Below, piece by piece: positions 12,901-27,070 of a stretch of 64,000 nucleotides of DNA (position 1 is the first letter of the stretch; every line of letters starts with the position of its first letter). Source of the stretch: Trichinella spiralis (Eukaryota); assembly GCF_000181795.1 (NCBI RefSeq), contig NW_003526944.1, positions 4,806,479-4,870,478 of the forward strand, in the 5' to 3' direction. Both the position numbers and the translations under genes were made by a program. Below the pieces are notes generated by a model. The model was not told the DNA's origin. It made no database searches and saw nothing but the letters and a program-made list of their open reading frames with translations.

Positions 12901-15900
12901 TAAATACACATCAAACAAATCGAATGTCCATTATGATTAATTTCACGCAACATATATGCCACGTACCAATGCCGTTTGAGAAGGTTCAAAAAAAGAACCC
13001 TTGCCAATGGCACGCTTCGGTCCGTGACCAGTTGTGAGATCAGCTCGTCGCAGGGTCGCATCGCAGTCGGTCAACGAAATTCTGCCCGTGATCGGATGCA
13101 CATCCGACACCGGCCTTGCATTATCCCTGAGCTGCTGGATTCGAAGCAAGTTCGGAGCAAAAGCGACGAACAAATCCTCCAGCTCCTCTGACAAACCCTG
13201 TGCCATGAGTTTCCCGTACAATTGAGCAACTTTGGCATTTTCTGGCATCACTGCCACCCCATCGTTGCTGCTGCCCAATTTTCCAACTCTGCGAATTGTA
13301 GATCGTTCTTTGAAAAATTCAAGCAACTGCTCCAATACGACCGTGTCAATCACCATATCCCACAGTTGTCTTGGGAGTGGATCTTTCAGAGCGTGCAGTA
13401 AACTTCGCTGAAAAGCAACGCTCATTTATTTCACAGTTTTGAGAGACTTTAAACTATTTGGAAATTTTCTTTCTAAAATGTACAAACCTCATTTTCAATT
13501 CTGGACAATGGAAACTTCAGAAAAGACTGTAAACGAGGTTCAATTTTACACTTCATCTCCAGCATTGTCATCCTTTGACAAACGCTGCACAAGTAAGTAA
13601 TGGCACCCGTTCTGACTAACTTATTCTAAAATAAAAAAAGACGAACAAAGTTAGTTCAAAATATAATACACATATCAAAGAGTAACAGTTCGCCTTACCG
13701 GATGTCGCAAATATGGCAAGACGTCATCTAGTAATTCAAAAATTATAGTACGATGCAGCGATCCACTTCTCAATAGCCGTAAAAGAGAAGCAAACGTCTC
13801 AAAAACGACAGTATCTTCTGAATCATGCAATCCCTAGTGTCGAAACCGGATTAAAAAAAATAATAATCATAAGCAGTAGAAAACAAAAAAAGAATAGTAG
13901 GAACGTTGAAATTACCTGCTGATAAAGGGGTGTCAGTACACACCAGCTTTGAGAACCAATGCAAGTTATCATTATTGGGCAACACTGAAAGAACAGACAT
14001 CTCAATCTCCAGTCTTGCTTTTCGTTTAGAAATGTGACAATATGAGAAAAAAGTAAATCGCAAGCTAAAAAGAAGATCATATTTAATTAATATTTCTAGT
14101 TCAAATCAAAAATAATACTCTCACCCTTTTGCTGTCCCAAAAGTCCGCATAAATTTCTCAGCGAATCTCGAACAAGCGTCTTACGAACCGCATAGTCTGG
14201 ATCGCAGAGCAAAGTAACAATCATATCTTGAGCAAAGCTGAAAAGTTTTTTCGCCTCACGTTGGTATTCAATCTTGAAAGAAAAGAAATTTAAAAAAGCC
14301 ATATAACATTAAAATTTGTAATAGGCAATAAAAATCTACTTCATTTATACGTAATAAACCTTCAACATGTGGATCCCGTTTAAATGTAACATCGGCTTGC
14401 ATCAAAAAACTAAAATTCACCACTATATTATTATTTATCTTTTGCAATAGCATTTAATTTGAATTGCAAACTTCTTTGCCGTTGCCATCAGAGTCCCCAA
14501 CGACGAAGCAATCGCTATCTTCACCATCACACTTTTGTCATTTACAGTAGGAAACTAGACAAATAAATATCTTTCTATACATATTTTTTTTCTATATTGC
14601 AACCAAAGCAATAATAAGCACAATCAACATACCAACGAAGGAAATATATAGTCGACAAATATTCCAGCCTCACTTAAATAATCATAATATATCATTTCAT
14701 GTGAATGAGAAACAAATTTTTTCAATTTCAAAATAAAAAATACAACAAACCTAGCTGCAACTCGATGAACGTTTTTCATGATATGTGCAGTCAAGTATAC
14801 AGCAGATGCTCTAGCTCTAGGCGATTCGTCGCTAACGTAACTTAACTAAATGCACATGAATCATAATGAGAAATATCAACTAGAAGCAAAAAATAAAAAA
14901 AGTATTGTCCATTTTAAAACAAAAATCTGTCAAAATATCATTTTTTTAATAATATTACTTTCAAAATAATGCAATTAATTAAGATTAATCATTTTTAATA
15001 TTCATCACAATTTACCACATAAGGCAAAATTCGATCAATAATCACGTCATCATCCAAGTATCTGGCCAAATCTTTGAACATATTCATCACTTGCAGTTTG
15101 TGATGCAATTCCTGAAAAATATTTTTTAAAAAAATCCTTTTAAATTAAATTAAAATGTACCCGTAAGTTGCGACACAGCGACGTGATCAAAGTTAAGAAG
15201 AGTAAAATATAATCGTCCAATTTTCCATCTTCTCTACGAAGCACCTCTTTAATATATTGAAGATCACCGTACACCCTGAAAAATACTCTTTTAAAGATTA
15301 ATATTGAATTAATAAATTTTCGCCGCATGTATTTATCACCTTTCCACCATTTCATCGTAAGTTTGCAAAGGTAGTTCAATGAAACTTTTGAAATAAGGAT
15401 ATAGAAAAGAATAAAACAAATTAGGAAACACCCTTCCTTTGTATTTTTCCAAATATTCTCCAGCGTTCAATCTCTGATCAGGGTGAATGGAAATCATGCT
15501 TTCGACCATCTCGCGTATATCTGGCGATGGCAACGCATCCAAGCATCGCTTTGGTCGATATTTTTGCTTTCGATAAGAAAGCAACCGATTCAGATCAAAT
15601 GGAGTTTCATCGTCACAAAACATTTCCATAATTACACAGCTGAAAAGTGACAAAATAATTTCTTTTTTAAATATGCCATATTTAAATAAATAATTTTCCA
15701 ATTTTATTCACCCCAAAGAAAAGATGTCCATTTTGTGATTGATCACTGATCTGACCAAACGTTCCGACTTGGAAAGGTGCATCAACGCTGTATGCAACTT
15801 TCGAAATCGACAAAACCGTTCAGGAGCTAAGTAGCAAGTACGCCTATTGCTACAGTCGAAATAAAAAGTAAAATCTGACGAATTATCCTTAAAAATTAGA

Positions 15901-17378
15901 CAATTTGCATTAAAATAAAAACAATAAGTAAAAACTATTTTAAAAGCCAGATTTTACATACATGAGGAATAATCGACGGTTTGAAATGGGCAAAATCACT
16001 AAGCAATAGCCAGCCACTTTCCGTAAGCAAAATGTTCTCCGTTTTGATATCACCATGACATACCTAAAATTGAAATCTTTCATTTTTCTTCAACCAAGTA
16101 CAGTCATAAGATTACGCCATTTTGCATAATTTGTTCGGTTGCTTTGAGCAGCTGAAAGCAGATCCAAAGCTTTTCGGCATTGACAGGAAAAGGCCTAGTG
16201 CTGAGCCGATCGTACAAATTGTGCTTCACATATTGTCGAATGAGATACCAAGATTTTTGATTCGACTGTAAAAAATGTGATCAAAAAAATAATCATTTCA
16301 ATAAAAGTAAACAAATTAAAACAGCTGAAATAAAATAAAATGAAAAAAAATACACACCAATACACAAATGTAAGGCAAACAATTGAGACATCCTTTGAGA
16401 TTGTCACGCGTTTCTGAAATTTGAATTACAATTTCAAAAAGAAACAATCTATAATTAATTATTTATTTACTTTCAACGTCACTCTTGTAAACTGTCAATG
16501 GCAAAGTTGGATCACTGACTACAAAAACTTTTACGACACAATCACCCGTACTAAATGCAGAGAAAATTCAATGAGTAACAAATAATAATAGTCCATGATT
16601 ATTACAGTTGGTTCAATATATTATATCAAAAAATGAATCAAAATTTTTAAACCACAGCAATAACAAATAAAGTCATACGACACTGCTACTACAATTGCTG
16701 CAGTAATTTTCAAATTTCAATTACAAAATAAGCTGGTGTTTGAAAAAAATAAATAAACAAATAGAAAAACATTAAAACTGTACAAAATTTATGCACAAAA
16801 ATAAACAAAATTTTCTTTAAACTTTACCAAAAATTACCTAAAATTCCTTGTGTTCAAGTTAAGGCAATGAAAAATATAGCAAATAAGGTTAATTGGCTTT
16901 GCTAAGTTTCAAGAAATTTAAAATGCAAAAACAATATTTATTTGATTTAAACTGAAAACAAGGAACAATGTTATTCAGCATTAAATTGCACAAAATCTGA
17001 GATATTTTTTTTGTTATGCAAACAATCATTGCTTAAATATTAACAAAAATACAACTAAACAATTTTAATAGTGGAATTTAAACGCAGAAGTTGAATAAAC
17101 AAATCATTTCCAATTGTGTACATACTACTGTTGAGTTGAACTTATCAGATTGCATATGTTAAAGTAATAAAGATCAACGTACTTGTGGCGTATACGAGCA
17201 ACTTTCATAAAACGGGTACTTCCCAAGCTGAAAAAATGCACAGTGACTGCAAAAACAAAACACTATAAAAACTGTCAAAAAAGTACCAAGAAACAAATTC
17301 AATGCTTCTTATGTCTTCAACGAACCTTTCCACAGGCAATATGTTCGAAGGAACAGTAGCTGACCAGTTTGAACCCAT
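9998..17378 (-). CDS. PIK3R4: Vps15 / PI3-kinase regulatory subunit 4 (kinase, HEAT and WD40 domains)
   Basis: N-terminal MG (myristoylation), [61 protein letters not shown] region ([11 protein letters not shown]), WD40 region ([25 protein letters not shown]) ending [10 protein letters not shown]. Confidence 0.95.
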
Positions 17379-18328
17379 TTTCAGCTATTTTCAATATAAT
17401 AATGAGATCAAATCAAATTGCCAGCAATTTCATCTGAAACAATACATGCATATAAATGAATTCTGAATTTTCAGATATTTAGTTTCCCAGCTCTAATGAA
17501 TATAATGAACATTAAATATACTGATTTTCATCATAAAATTGATATTTCACTCATATAGCATGCAAATTTAATGCTTCGCAGAAATAGACTATCTCACTCA
17601 GAATACGATGCTAAAAAAGAAATGTATAACGTGATAAATAACTTGTCATCAGTTTCCGCATGATACAGTATTCATATAACTAATGTTAAATAATATTTTA
17701 CTACTATTTCAGCATGAAGAATATTTTATAAAACTAAACCGAACAGAAGCTAAAGCAATACGATATACAGTACGTCCAGCTTGCCGATCTCTAACTGTAT
17801 TAATAGATACTGTAATGCTTTCTATTCCTATAAGTTGAAAAATTTTCCACGTAATAGCGTTAAAAAGAAAAATACGCCATAATATCGAAAAATATTTAAA
17901 ACCAGATGTTACTTAAATTTTAAATTTAAATCTTCTTCATTAAGTGAAGCTTTCCATGAGAAAGTAATTTTTTAAGCATAAAAGGAATTCTGTTTTACAA
18001 ATAAAAATTTTTATCATAAATTTCGAGTAGGCAATACGATAAAAAAACATGCTTTAACACTATCAGTTAGCAATGTAAATGTATAAAACAATATACCACA
18101 ATAGTCATTTCTGAAATTTTAAATACGTCGTACAGAGGGTTCTAGCCTGGAAAATTAATCACAGTTACAGTAAATCAAATTATTTACTTGACAATCTACA
18201 AGTTTTGTTCAACTAATTTTCCATTTTCCATTCGTTGAATTAATTTTAGTTAGTTGATAAATTTTCTTTTAGAACAATTTTAACTTTTGGTGTAAGAAAA
18301 TTTTCTTACAGAGCTCATTTTTTAGTCC

Positions 18329-20283
18329 ATGCTTCTCCAGCATTTGCAAATTGTTTGTACTCTCATCGTTGCCAGTTTTTCGAATACGTTTTTTACTGAC
18401 GAATTCGACCAGGATAATATATCTTTGGATGTGAATTCACTGTGTATTGAATTATTGTTTGTGTTCAAGAAATTTTTTTAAGGAACTCTTTAAAGAAGAG
18501 GAAGATGATTACATAACACTATTAGAAACTCACGGACGCATGACTTTTGACGGTCCAAAAAATTTTCCGAATCCAGTTTTAGCATATGTTACGCCGGTTA
18601 GTCGTTTCTGTTTCTAATTTAGTTCAATTTCATTACATTTTAATTGTGTAAATGAATAAGTATACTTATATATACAATGAAAATGGAATGTATGTTGTTT
18701 CATTAAATGTATAAATATCCCATTTCGATAATTTCATATATATATGTATATATCAGTTGAAATTTTAATTAATTTTTCAGTGGAACAATCACGGTTATGA
18801 CATCGCCAAATGGTTAGCCCCAAAGTTTACTTTTATATCACCAGTATGGTTGCATTTAGTTGCTTCCCAAGGGAAATGTTCAATAGCCGGCAGTCATGAC
18901 ATTGACCAAAGTTTTACGTTTTCTTTGATTTTATAAAGCACAAAATCAGTGTTGCAGTTGTTTTTTTTTTAATTTTAGAATGGATATCCGAAGTGAGAAG
19001 CAACAACAGTGCAGTGAAGGTGGTACCTCGATTTTTGCTGCAATACAAAGATAAAATCACTGCTGAATATTTGCTGTCGAGCGAATTGTTTCAAAATATT
19101 TGCTTTCGAAACGTCGTTGAATTTATTCAAGTGAATGATAGCATATTTCTTTTTTCACTTTCCCCCAAACAATTGATTAATAATAATTATAATTGTGACA
19201 GTATAATTCATACTTACGATTGATCGATAATTGATGGGTTGGTTTTATTGTTTTGCAGCGCAATGGTTTCGAAGGTGCAGTTTTGGAAGTGATTTCACAA
19301 ACGGTGCCAATTTTAACGGATCAGAAAACGCAAAATGTTGACTTGGCGTAGCAGTTGTTTTCCTGCATCATTTAATAATTTCTATAAGTCATTGATTTCA
19401 TTGATGGTGGAAATTTTTATTTTCTAGACCTCTGTTGCAATTGATCATCAATTTTGCGGAATATCTGAGACGTCAGAAGAAAATTGTCATTTTAGTTGTT
19501 CCTGCTTGCACCCCGGATGCGTAAGTTTTTCCAACTGATCATTAAAAATAACCGTTGCTTATTTAGCATTAAAAAAAGTGTTTTTTAATTTCAAGTGATC
19601 AGCCTTCTCTGTTCAACGAAACTCATATGCAAAAATTGTCACCTTTTATCGATTATGTTAGTGTGATGACTTATGATTACAATCGTTTCGGGTAAAGCAA
19701 AAAAAACAATTATTATATTAATTACTAAACAAAGAGCAATACGATTGAATACCATTTTCCAGCAAAGTAGGTATCAATATAGCACCGTTGTCTTGGATTG
19801 AAAGATGCATAGAAATGCTAATTAACAGCAACAATAATACTGCAGAAAAAATTTTGATGGGTATCAACTTTTACGGTTATGAGTTCGATTACAAAGTTGG
19901 CGAATTGGAGCCAGTAATTGGATCTCGGTAATGAAGAATGATTATTAATTTGTTTTTTTTTTCGAAATCAATCATTTATCTTATTTAGCTATGTGGAAGC
20001 TGTGAAAAGCGAAAAACCAAAATTTGTCTGGGACAATATGACCAACGAACATTTTGCAGTGTTCAAGTAAGTGGTGCACCAGAGAAACTGTTTCTTGAAT
20101 TGGAGAAAAAGAAAAAACAAAACTTATTTTTCCATCTGCATTTATTTCTACAGATGGAAAGTGATCAATTTCCCAAATTTGAGAGTGATCAAAGCGAAAC
20201 TGAATCTCGCAATCAGGCTGAACGTCGGCGTGGCTATCTGGGATATCGGACAAGGGTTGGATCATTTCTATGAACTGCTATAA
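18329..20283 (+). CDS. CHID1: Chitinase domain-containing protein 1 (GH18-fold, probably non-catalytic)
   Basis: Hydrophobic N-terminus; spliced VLAYVTP|WNNHGYDIAK..KFTFISPVWL, VMTYDY, KILMGINFYGY; C-terminus GVAIWDIGQGLDHFYELL*. Confidence 0.9.
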
Positions 20284-20755
20284 CAACAAGCTTTAATTTC
20301 TTCAATCCACATCCATTCATCATCAATTCTCAGTTTTCTGTTTGTTTATTTATTACAATTTTTCACTGTTTACATGTACTACTACATCTGTTACTAGGAA
20401 AAGTTTTTCTCACTGATTCTTTTTTACCCAAGCTACATTTTCTACTCACACTAATGGAACAATAATGATGATGATTCATCCTCTCTCAGTTCTCTCTCTC
20501 TTTTTTTTTGCTTTAAATTATATAAAATGATGGATGATTTGAATAAAAGAGAAAATTAGCATCAGCAAATTTAAAAAAAAAGAATATAAAATATATACCG
20601 AATACGTTCAACAACAAGCCAGCGAATAGAAGACGATTCTCACAACAAGAAAATCTCCACCACCTACTACACCAGTTCAGAGAAACACCAAGCCGATCCA
20701 ATGCCCAAATCAAAACGACAAGCTGGCATAAAAATACCACAACTGTGATCAATTG

Positions 20756-22430
20756 TCACAAATCTCCAGCCTGAGCACCAACTGGAACCGTGGCGGCATA
20801 TTTGCCGGCAATGGCGCCAAAAACGGCGCACTCGAGCAGCGAATTCCCGCCCAGTCGATTTGCACCGTGCACGCCTCCACTGACTTCGCCGGCGGCATAC
20901 AAGCCTGAAATTTTGGAACCATCCTCTCGCAGCACCTGGCTGTGGATGTCGATCTTCAAACCGCCCATCGTGTAATGAATGACCGGTGTGATGCGGGCCA
21001 CGTAGATTGGCCGTCCGGGGTCGAAAATCACTGGAAATACAGTTTTACCGAACGGATCATCCCGTGCACCGTCGGCTGCTTCGGCGTACTCTTTCAACGT
21101 CGCGTTCACTAATTCCGCTTCAACGTTCAACAATTTCGCCAACTGTTCCACGTTGTCAGCTTTGGTAAAAAAATTTTTCTTTTTCCAATAAAATTCAAAA
21201 GAAGGTCTACCGAACAGATCAACTGCTTCGTCGTTGAGCAGCATGTAGGCAGTTTTTCGTCCCACATCTTTGCTCTGCTTGCACTGGGATTCGATACGTT
21301 CAGTCAAATAATCCCTGGGTCCCAGCTCGTTGGCGAACCGCTGACCGCTGTGGTCGAGCAACAGTGCACCGGAACCTCGCAACGCTTCGGCGGCCAAAAA
21401 TTTCGTCCCCGCGTCCGGCTGTTCCGGATCCACAAAGCCGGTCGGATGCACTTGCACTTTATCCATGTCGATCAGTTTCGCTCCGATCAACCTTGCCATC
21501 TTAACACCCGAACCGACGGCAAAGGGTCCATTGGTTGTTGGATAATCGATTTTCGATTTTGCAAATTCCTATTAATAATAATAATAACACGACATAAATT
21601 AAATGAATGAGCACGCATGAATTAATGATTTGTTACTTCAAGCAATGAATCTGACGTGTGATCGTTGCTGTATCCACCAGTAGCTAGAACGATAGAATCG
21701 GCATACAGTTGTCCGGTTTCTTTGGTGTCGGCATGTTCGAAACGCAAGCCCACAACAACAGATCCGTCAGCATCAGTGATCAGTGAAACCGCGCGTACAT
21801 TGGTCATCACTTTCAGACGATCACTGCCAACACTGTTGGCTTTATTCAACAAATGTTGGTGCACAGTACGGACGATATGAAATCCAACTGGCACTGGTTT
21901 GCCGTTTTTAGCTGGAATTCTACAGTATTATATATATATATATATATCCATGTAAATTCACAAACAAATCAACATACCGGTGAGTACGTCGGACTGAATG
22001 ACCACCAAGTATGACCAAATCGGACAAATCCACTCCAATTTCAGTGAGCCGATCGATGGCGTCGGCGCTGCTTTTCGTCAACAAGTCCACCAGTTGCATG
22101 TCGTTGATCCCGTGGCCGGCTTTCATGGTGTCGCTGTAGAACAATTTGGCATTGTCCTGGACTCCGTTGACGCGTTGCGTGGACGTGTTGCAACCGTTGA
22201 TGCCACTGGTCGCTTTGGCGCTGTTGCCGCCAATGTTCGGCTCGCCTTCCAAAACCGTCACCCGGGAACCTTGATTGAAAGCTGCCAAAGCGGCCGACAG
22301 ACCAGCCAAACCGCTGCCAACCACGATCACATGCCTCGGTTCCGTTTCCACCATCAGGCAACTGTGCAGAACAACTATGCAAATATAAAAGAAATAATTC
22401 GCATGAAATTGCTGCATACCTAAAATGCAT
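20756..22430 (-). CDS. Soluble FAD-dependent fumarate reductase (Osm1/Frd1, flavocytochrome c type)
   Basis: VIVVGSGLAG, GGNSAKATSGING (no covalent-FAD His), GGHSVRRTH, LATGG, VQVHPTG, EALRGSG, HYTMGG, GVHGANRLGGNSL. The start could be the ATG at 22430 (11-nt first exon) or at about 22354. Confidence 0.9.
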
Positions 22431-22641
22431 CGTTTTGTTTTTGATTTTTCAAATTATAATTTACACAACGAGTAAAAAGTAACCAATTCAATGAACTGGC
22501 CGTCAATAAAGCAGCTAGTTTCGAAAATTGGAAACAAAACACACAAATAAATGGTAAATTTCATTATGAATGAGGTAAATGGAAAAGAAGTAACAAACAA
22601 ATAGTGATGCCTTTGCGCTGATAAAAAGAAAAGATATACTA

Positions 22642-25018
22642 CTAAATAATAGCGTATTGTTTATAAATTACATCTCGAATTGCGTAATAATCTTTGCAGA
22701 CGATTCCTTCGACATGCAACTGCCCGTCGGCACGTTTACGTATAGAGAGGACATTGTTGACCACAAGCACCCCGTGAGAAAATTCTGCTTGAAAACCGTC
22801 AAGCATCAAAGCCTGTTTCAAGTCGGACAATTTCGGATCGCCGACAAACACTGCATCATGAGATGGAATCTCTGATGATGGCAGTAAATCCAAATATGGA
22901 ATATTATCACTGCCAATATCGACAGCATTTTCAGCATTTTTTTCATCATCAACATCCATTGCAGCGATCTTTTGGTCTTCTGTTTCTTCTTCCGAACAAT
23001 TGTGCTTTATCAAACCATTTACCCAGGCAATTTCCACATCCTGAAATAAGATAAATGTAAGAAAACAATGTATATACATATATGTGTGTGTGTGTGTGCA
23101 TTTTACCTTGACATGAATAAATTTCAAACTGTTCAACAAAGCATCCGTTAATTTCAGCTGATACATGTGACTTTCGATAGTCGCATCCACCAGATCACCC
23201 AGTCGTGGTGTGAAAACTTTATCTTCGGCCATGTTCAAACTTTTCCTACAGTAATTAGCCAACTTTTCCGTCTGCTCAGCCATACCGTGGACGAGGATGA
23301 TCTGTTTCGGTTTGCTCATTTGGAGAATCTTTTTCAACGAATCAACATCGGTCCGCCCCTCGAAATCAATAAACTCCAACTGTGCAAATACTTCGACCGT
23401 CTGCACAAATTGAATACATTTGGTCGGAATGTCCTGCACTTCGCCTGGCGTTGTAACACCATTTTCTTGATCTTCGCCCATCCTGTCTCTCATCAAGTCC
23501 ACCATCCTTACTTTGGTTTCAAGTTGTAAATAACTTTTCGCGTGGATCACTTCACCATAATCATCAAACTGAAAAATAAATTTCAACAACAACAAATTAT
23601 AATATAGTATATATATATATATATATATACCTTTATACGTTTTTCAAAGTGTGGGTATTTTGGAAAACGTCTGTATGATTCAGCTCTGTTGTACCAGTAA
23701 TCTGGTCCTTGGGCAGTGTAGGATATATCATAGGGAAATTCATTCGCTGCTGCATCGCTTTTCTTTTCTTCGTCATCCGAATCTTCGTCGTCCAAACTGA
23801 CTACATCGACACGACTTCGCCGTCGATGTTGCTCAAGTCTGTGATAAGTTAAGAATAAAGCTCAATAATAAAAAACGGATAAGTTGCATATTTGTAAATT
23901 GTGAATACAGCTACTACACCTCAACTTTGTCGCTTGTTGCTCTTGTTCACGTTTTTTGACACGAAATTCGTCCAACTCGTGGCCTTCGAGACGTACACGA
24001 CGTTTAACTTGTACTGTTATCTGCTTGGTGCCAATTCGTTCAGGGGAAGAGACCATTTCGATCAGTTTCGAGCACAAAGAACCAATTCGAGCACGACTGG
24101 TCAAAATGATACAGTTTTTTGCATCAATACACCAATCCAAGAACAACTCCCGGCTGAAGCCTGAATCTAGATCCGGCTGACTAGCTAGTACAACCTTGTC
24201 AGAAAAAAAAGCATCCCCTGTATATGAAAGTGATAAAGTAGAGAAACTGACTGAACGAGAGTACTTTGGGTGAACGCAGGCGTGTCAATTCTGCTAATGA
24301 ATGGCAAAGTTGAGCGTGTCGAAATTGGAAAGGATTACTACGACCCTCTTCAAACATGCGCAACATCCGTTCGCTCATCCATTCAACTTGTGATTTGGCA
24401 AATTCAACCACGTTGAATGCGACTGAATTCATGAAAATCAAACTGTAAAGCAACAAACCTGCTTCGGCATTGTGCCACAGCTGTAAATGGCAACAAATTT
24501 AAATTAAAATTAGAAAAAAATTCTTCCGCTTTTCAAACATCCAAATACCTGATCCAAAAGTTGGACAAGTTCCAAAACACGGCCGGCAGTGTCGACAACT
24601 ATGAGAACGTTGCCACCGCTCCGAAGGGTTTTCAGTATTGTGGACAACAACGCCTCGTCTCTGAATTTGCGTCTCAGCAAAGCTGTACCACACATGTAAG
24701 CATCGGTGATCAACAAATTCGGTCTTGCTATCGATTCCAAGGGGCAGCCGTTCAAATGGCGTTCCTTTTTGTGGTTGAAATCCACCGCGTAGACAATCTC
24801 CTCTTCGCCCATTTTTGTGATGCGCCAAATTGTACCGCCAATCATATGACCGGCCGGCAGTGGAACAATTTGCAAACCATGTCCTCGACCTTTCATTGAC
24901 ACTTGCTGATTGTACTTCACTTGCAGCACTTTGTCGAACACTTGGTCAACATCGTCCAAAGAAAAAATCTACAAAATAAATTTTCAGCAATCATATTGAA
25001 AAAAGCATTTTTTCAACT

Positions 25019-25053
<35 letters not shown>

Positions 25054-25574
25054 TGCAAAACAAAAACAATGCACAAACTCGCTTCACGCTTACAGGTTTC
25101 ATTTACAGTTTATATTTTTCACATTCTCAAGAACTTGAATTCATATTTTCTACAGTATGCTAACATACATTCGTATTCTTTTTACAGCGTAATATATCAC
25201 TCGATTTACCAGAACAAACAGATCAATCATGTTCCATATCGTCGACATATTACCCGATATATTATATCAAGAAGGCAAATACTGAATATAAAAAACTGGA
25301 AATTGTGCATTTTTATAACAAATGAAATCAAAATTCAGTACTACATCACGCAAAAAGGATATGAACGCAGTTGATAAAATTGAATTTCATTTAAAAAATG
25401 CGAATAATAACAATAATAATAATAATAATAATCTATGCTTAACTTCTGAACTTTTAAAAGATTAACTTATTGTATTATGGGGAGAAGAAAAATATAGTTT
25501 CACTTACTATTTCATTACTAAAATTTACAGCTTTCTAATCTAAAAAAAGGTAACTGAAATACTAATACTAATAC

Positions 25575-25618
<44 letters not shown>

Positions 25619-26069
25619 TAATGTTTTGCATAAAAGGATTGCATAATTAAGATCAAACAGCTAACGGACGGTTTGGAAAATGATACTTTAAAGAAGAACT
25701 ATTTGCAACGTTAGTAATCAATCACTGGCATACCTGAAAATCTTCATAATTCTGAAACGACTGATACCAGTCGTACAAGAACATTTGCCCCATACGATAA
25801 ACAGGTACAGTGGCATAAATGGGGCAAGATAAGCCGCACTTGCCGACCAAATAGGGAAGAGCACCGATGTGTGCAATGTCCGGATAGCTGAGCAAAACGG
25901 CATCAATGCGTGGCGCCCATTTTTGTGCGCGTTCAATAAAATCCATATTGAACGAACTGTCCCAGCCACAGTCGAGCATAAAATGGAACTCGCCCACTTC
26001 CAACACGTAACACGGTGGCGAATCGTCCATCACGCCGGACAACGCTTCAAATCGGATCAGCGAAGTCAT
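22642..26069 (-). CDS. CPSF2: Cleavage and polyadenylation specificity factor subunit 2 (CPSF100)
   Basis: [69 protein letters not shown]; ends YKQYAII*. Confidence 0.96.
25021..25052. repeat. (AAT)n microsatellite in CPSF2 intron 1
   Basis: About 10 tandem AAT units, read directly. Confidence 0.9.
25561..25614. repeat. Compound (ACTAAT)3(AAT)n microsatellite in CPSF2 intron 1
   Basis: Read directly from the sequence. Confidence 0.9.
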
Positions 26070-27070
26070 CGTTCAAACGATTCCTTGCAGCTGAAAGCAG
26101 TAAACTAAATACCAAAACTGAACTAGATTGAATTATGCAAAAAAAATTCAAATTGCAAAACTGACAAAACAAAAACCGTACATCACGACATATAAGCGCA
26201 TTCGTGGAATTCTTTGCAACATAAAAACATGTTCAAAACGTTCAACATTTACAGTTGCACTGGAAAAATGAGCATCATAGCAACAGTATTATCATGCGCA
26301 ACAGGATCTATGATTTTTCCATGCATAAAGTGTGACTGACACAAAAAATTAATTGAACAATAATTTGTGAAGTGTGCATTCGATGATTATAAAATTAACG
26401 TTTATTATAGTCATCTGTGCGTATGTGTCAAACGAACAGAAACGTCAACAGCAGCGCAACACGCAACAACAAATGGCACGGCGACACAGACAAAGCAGAA
26501 TGCAATAATATGCAACAATCAATTTCAGCAGTTGCGAAAGCAAACAGGAAAAGACCAAAAACTCCGGAGTTCGTCAAAATTGAATGAACACTTGTGTGAA
26601 AAAGCTTTCAAAAGAAATTTCTACGAATAGCTGGTGAAAATTGAGCGCAGATCAATGAATGATTAATGAGCTTCTTTGGCTGCAGGCCAAATGGGAAGCA
26701 ATGTTTTCCCTTTGCATGGCACAAAAAAGTTTCAACATTGGAATTATTTCTTTCGGAAATAAATTTCTATATTTCAGAAACTGAAAATTTCCGAGAATTG
26801 ATCGGAATTGGATTTTTTTTCTTTTAAACAGTGATCAAAAATACAAATGGGCAACAAAGTTTGGAAAACAATTTATTACAGTATGATGATTAACAAGTAC
26901 ATACATTGGAAATACAGAAATCAAAAACAGAAATACGAGCATGAACAATGATCGCTTTATTGAATACTAATTACCAATACAATTGTTTTTGTTGTCATGA
27001 ATGAATCAGCCATGAAAATTACAAGACAAAGAAAGAAAAAAGTTGTTTCTCTTGGAAATCAGTTCTGTGA

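Noticed and set aside
25354..25362. ATATCCTTT (U12-type 5' splice site) on the minus strand in CPSF2 intron 1
   Set aside because: No matching branch site or exon context found; CPSF2 splices correctly via GT-AG.
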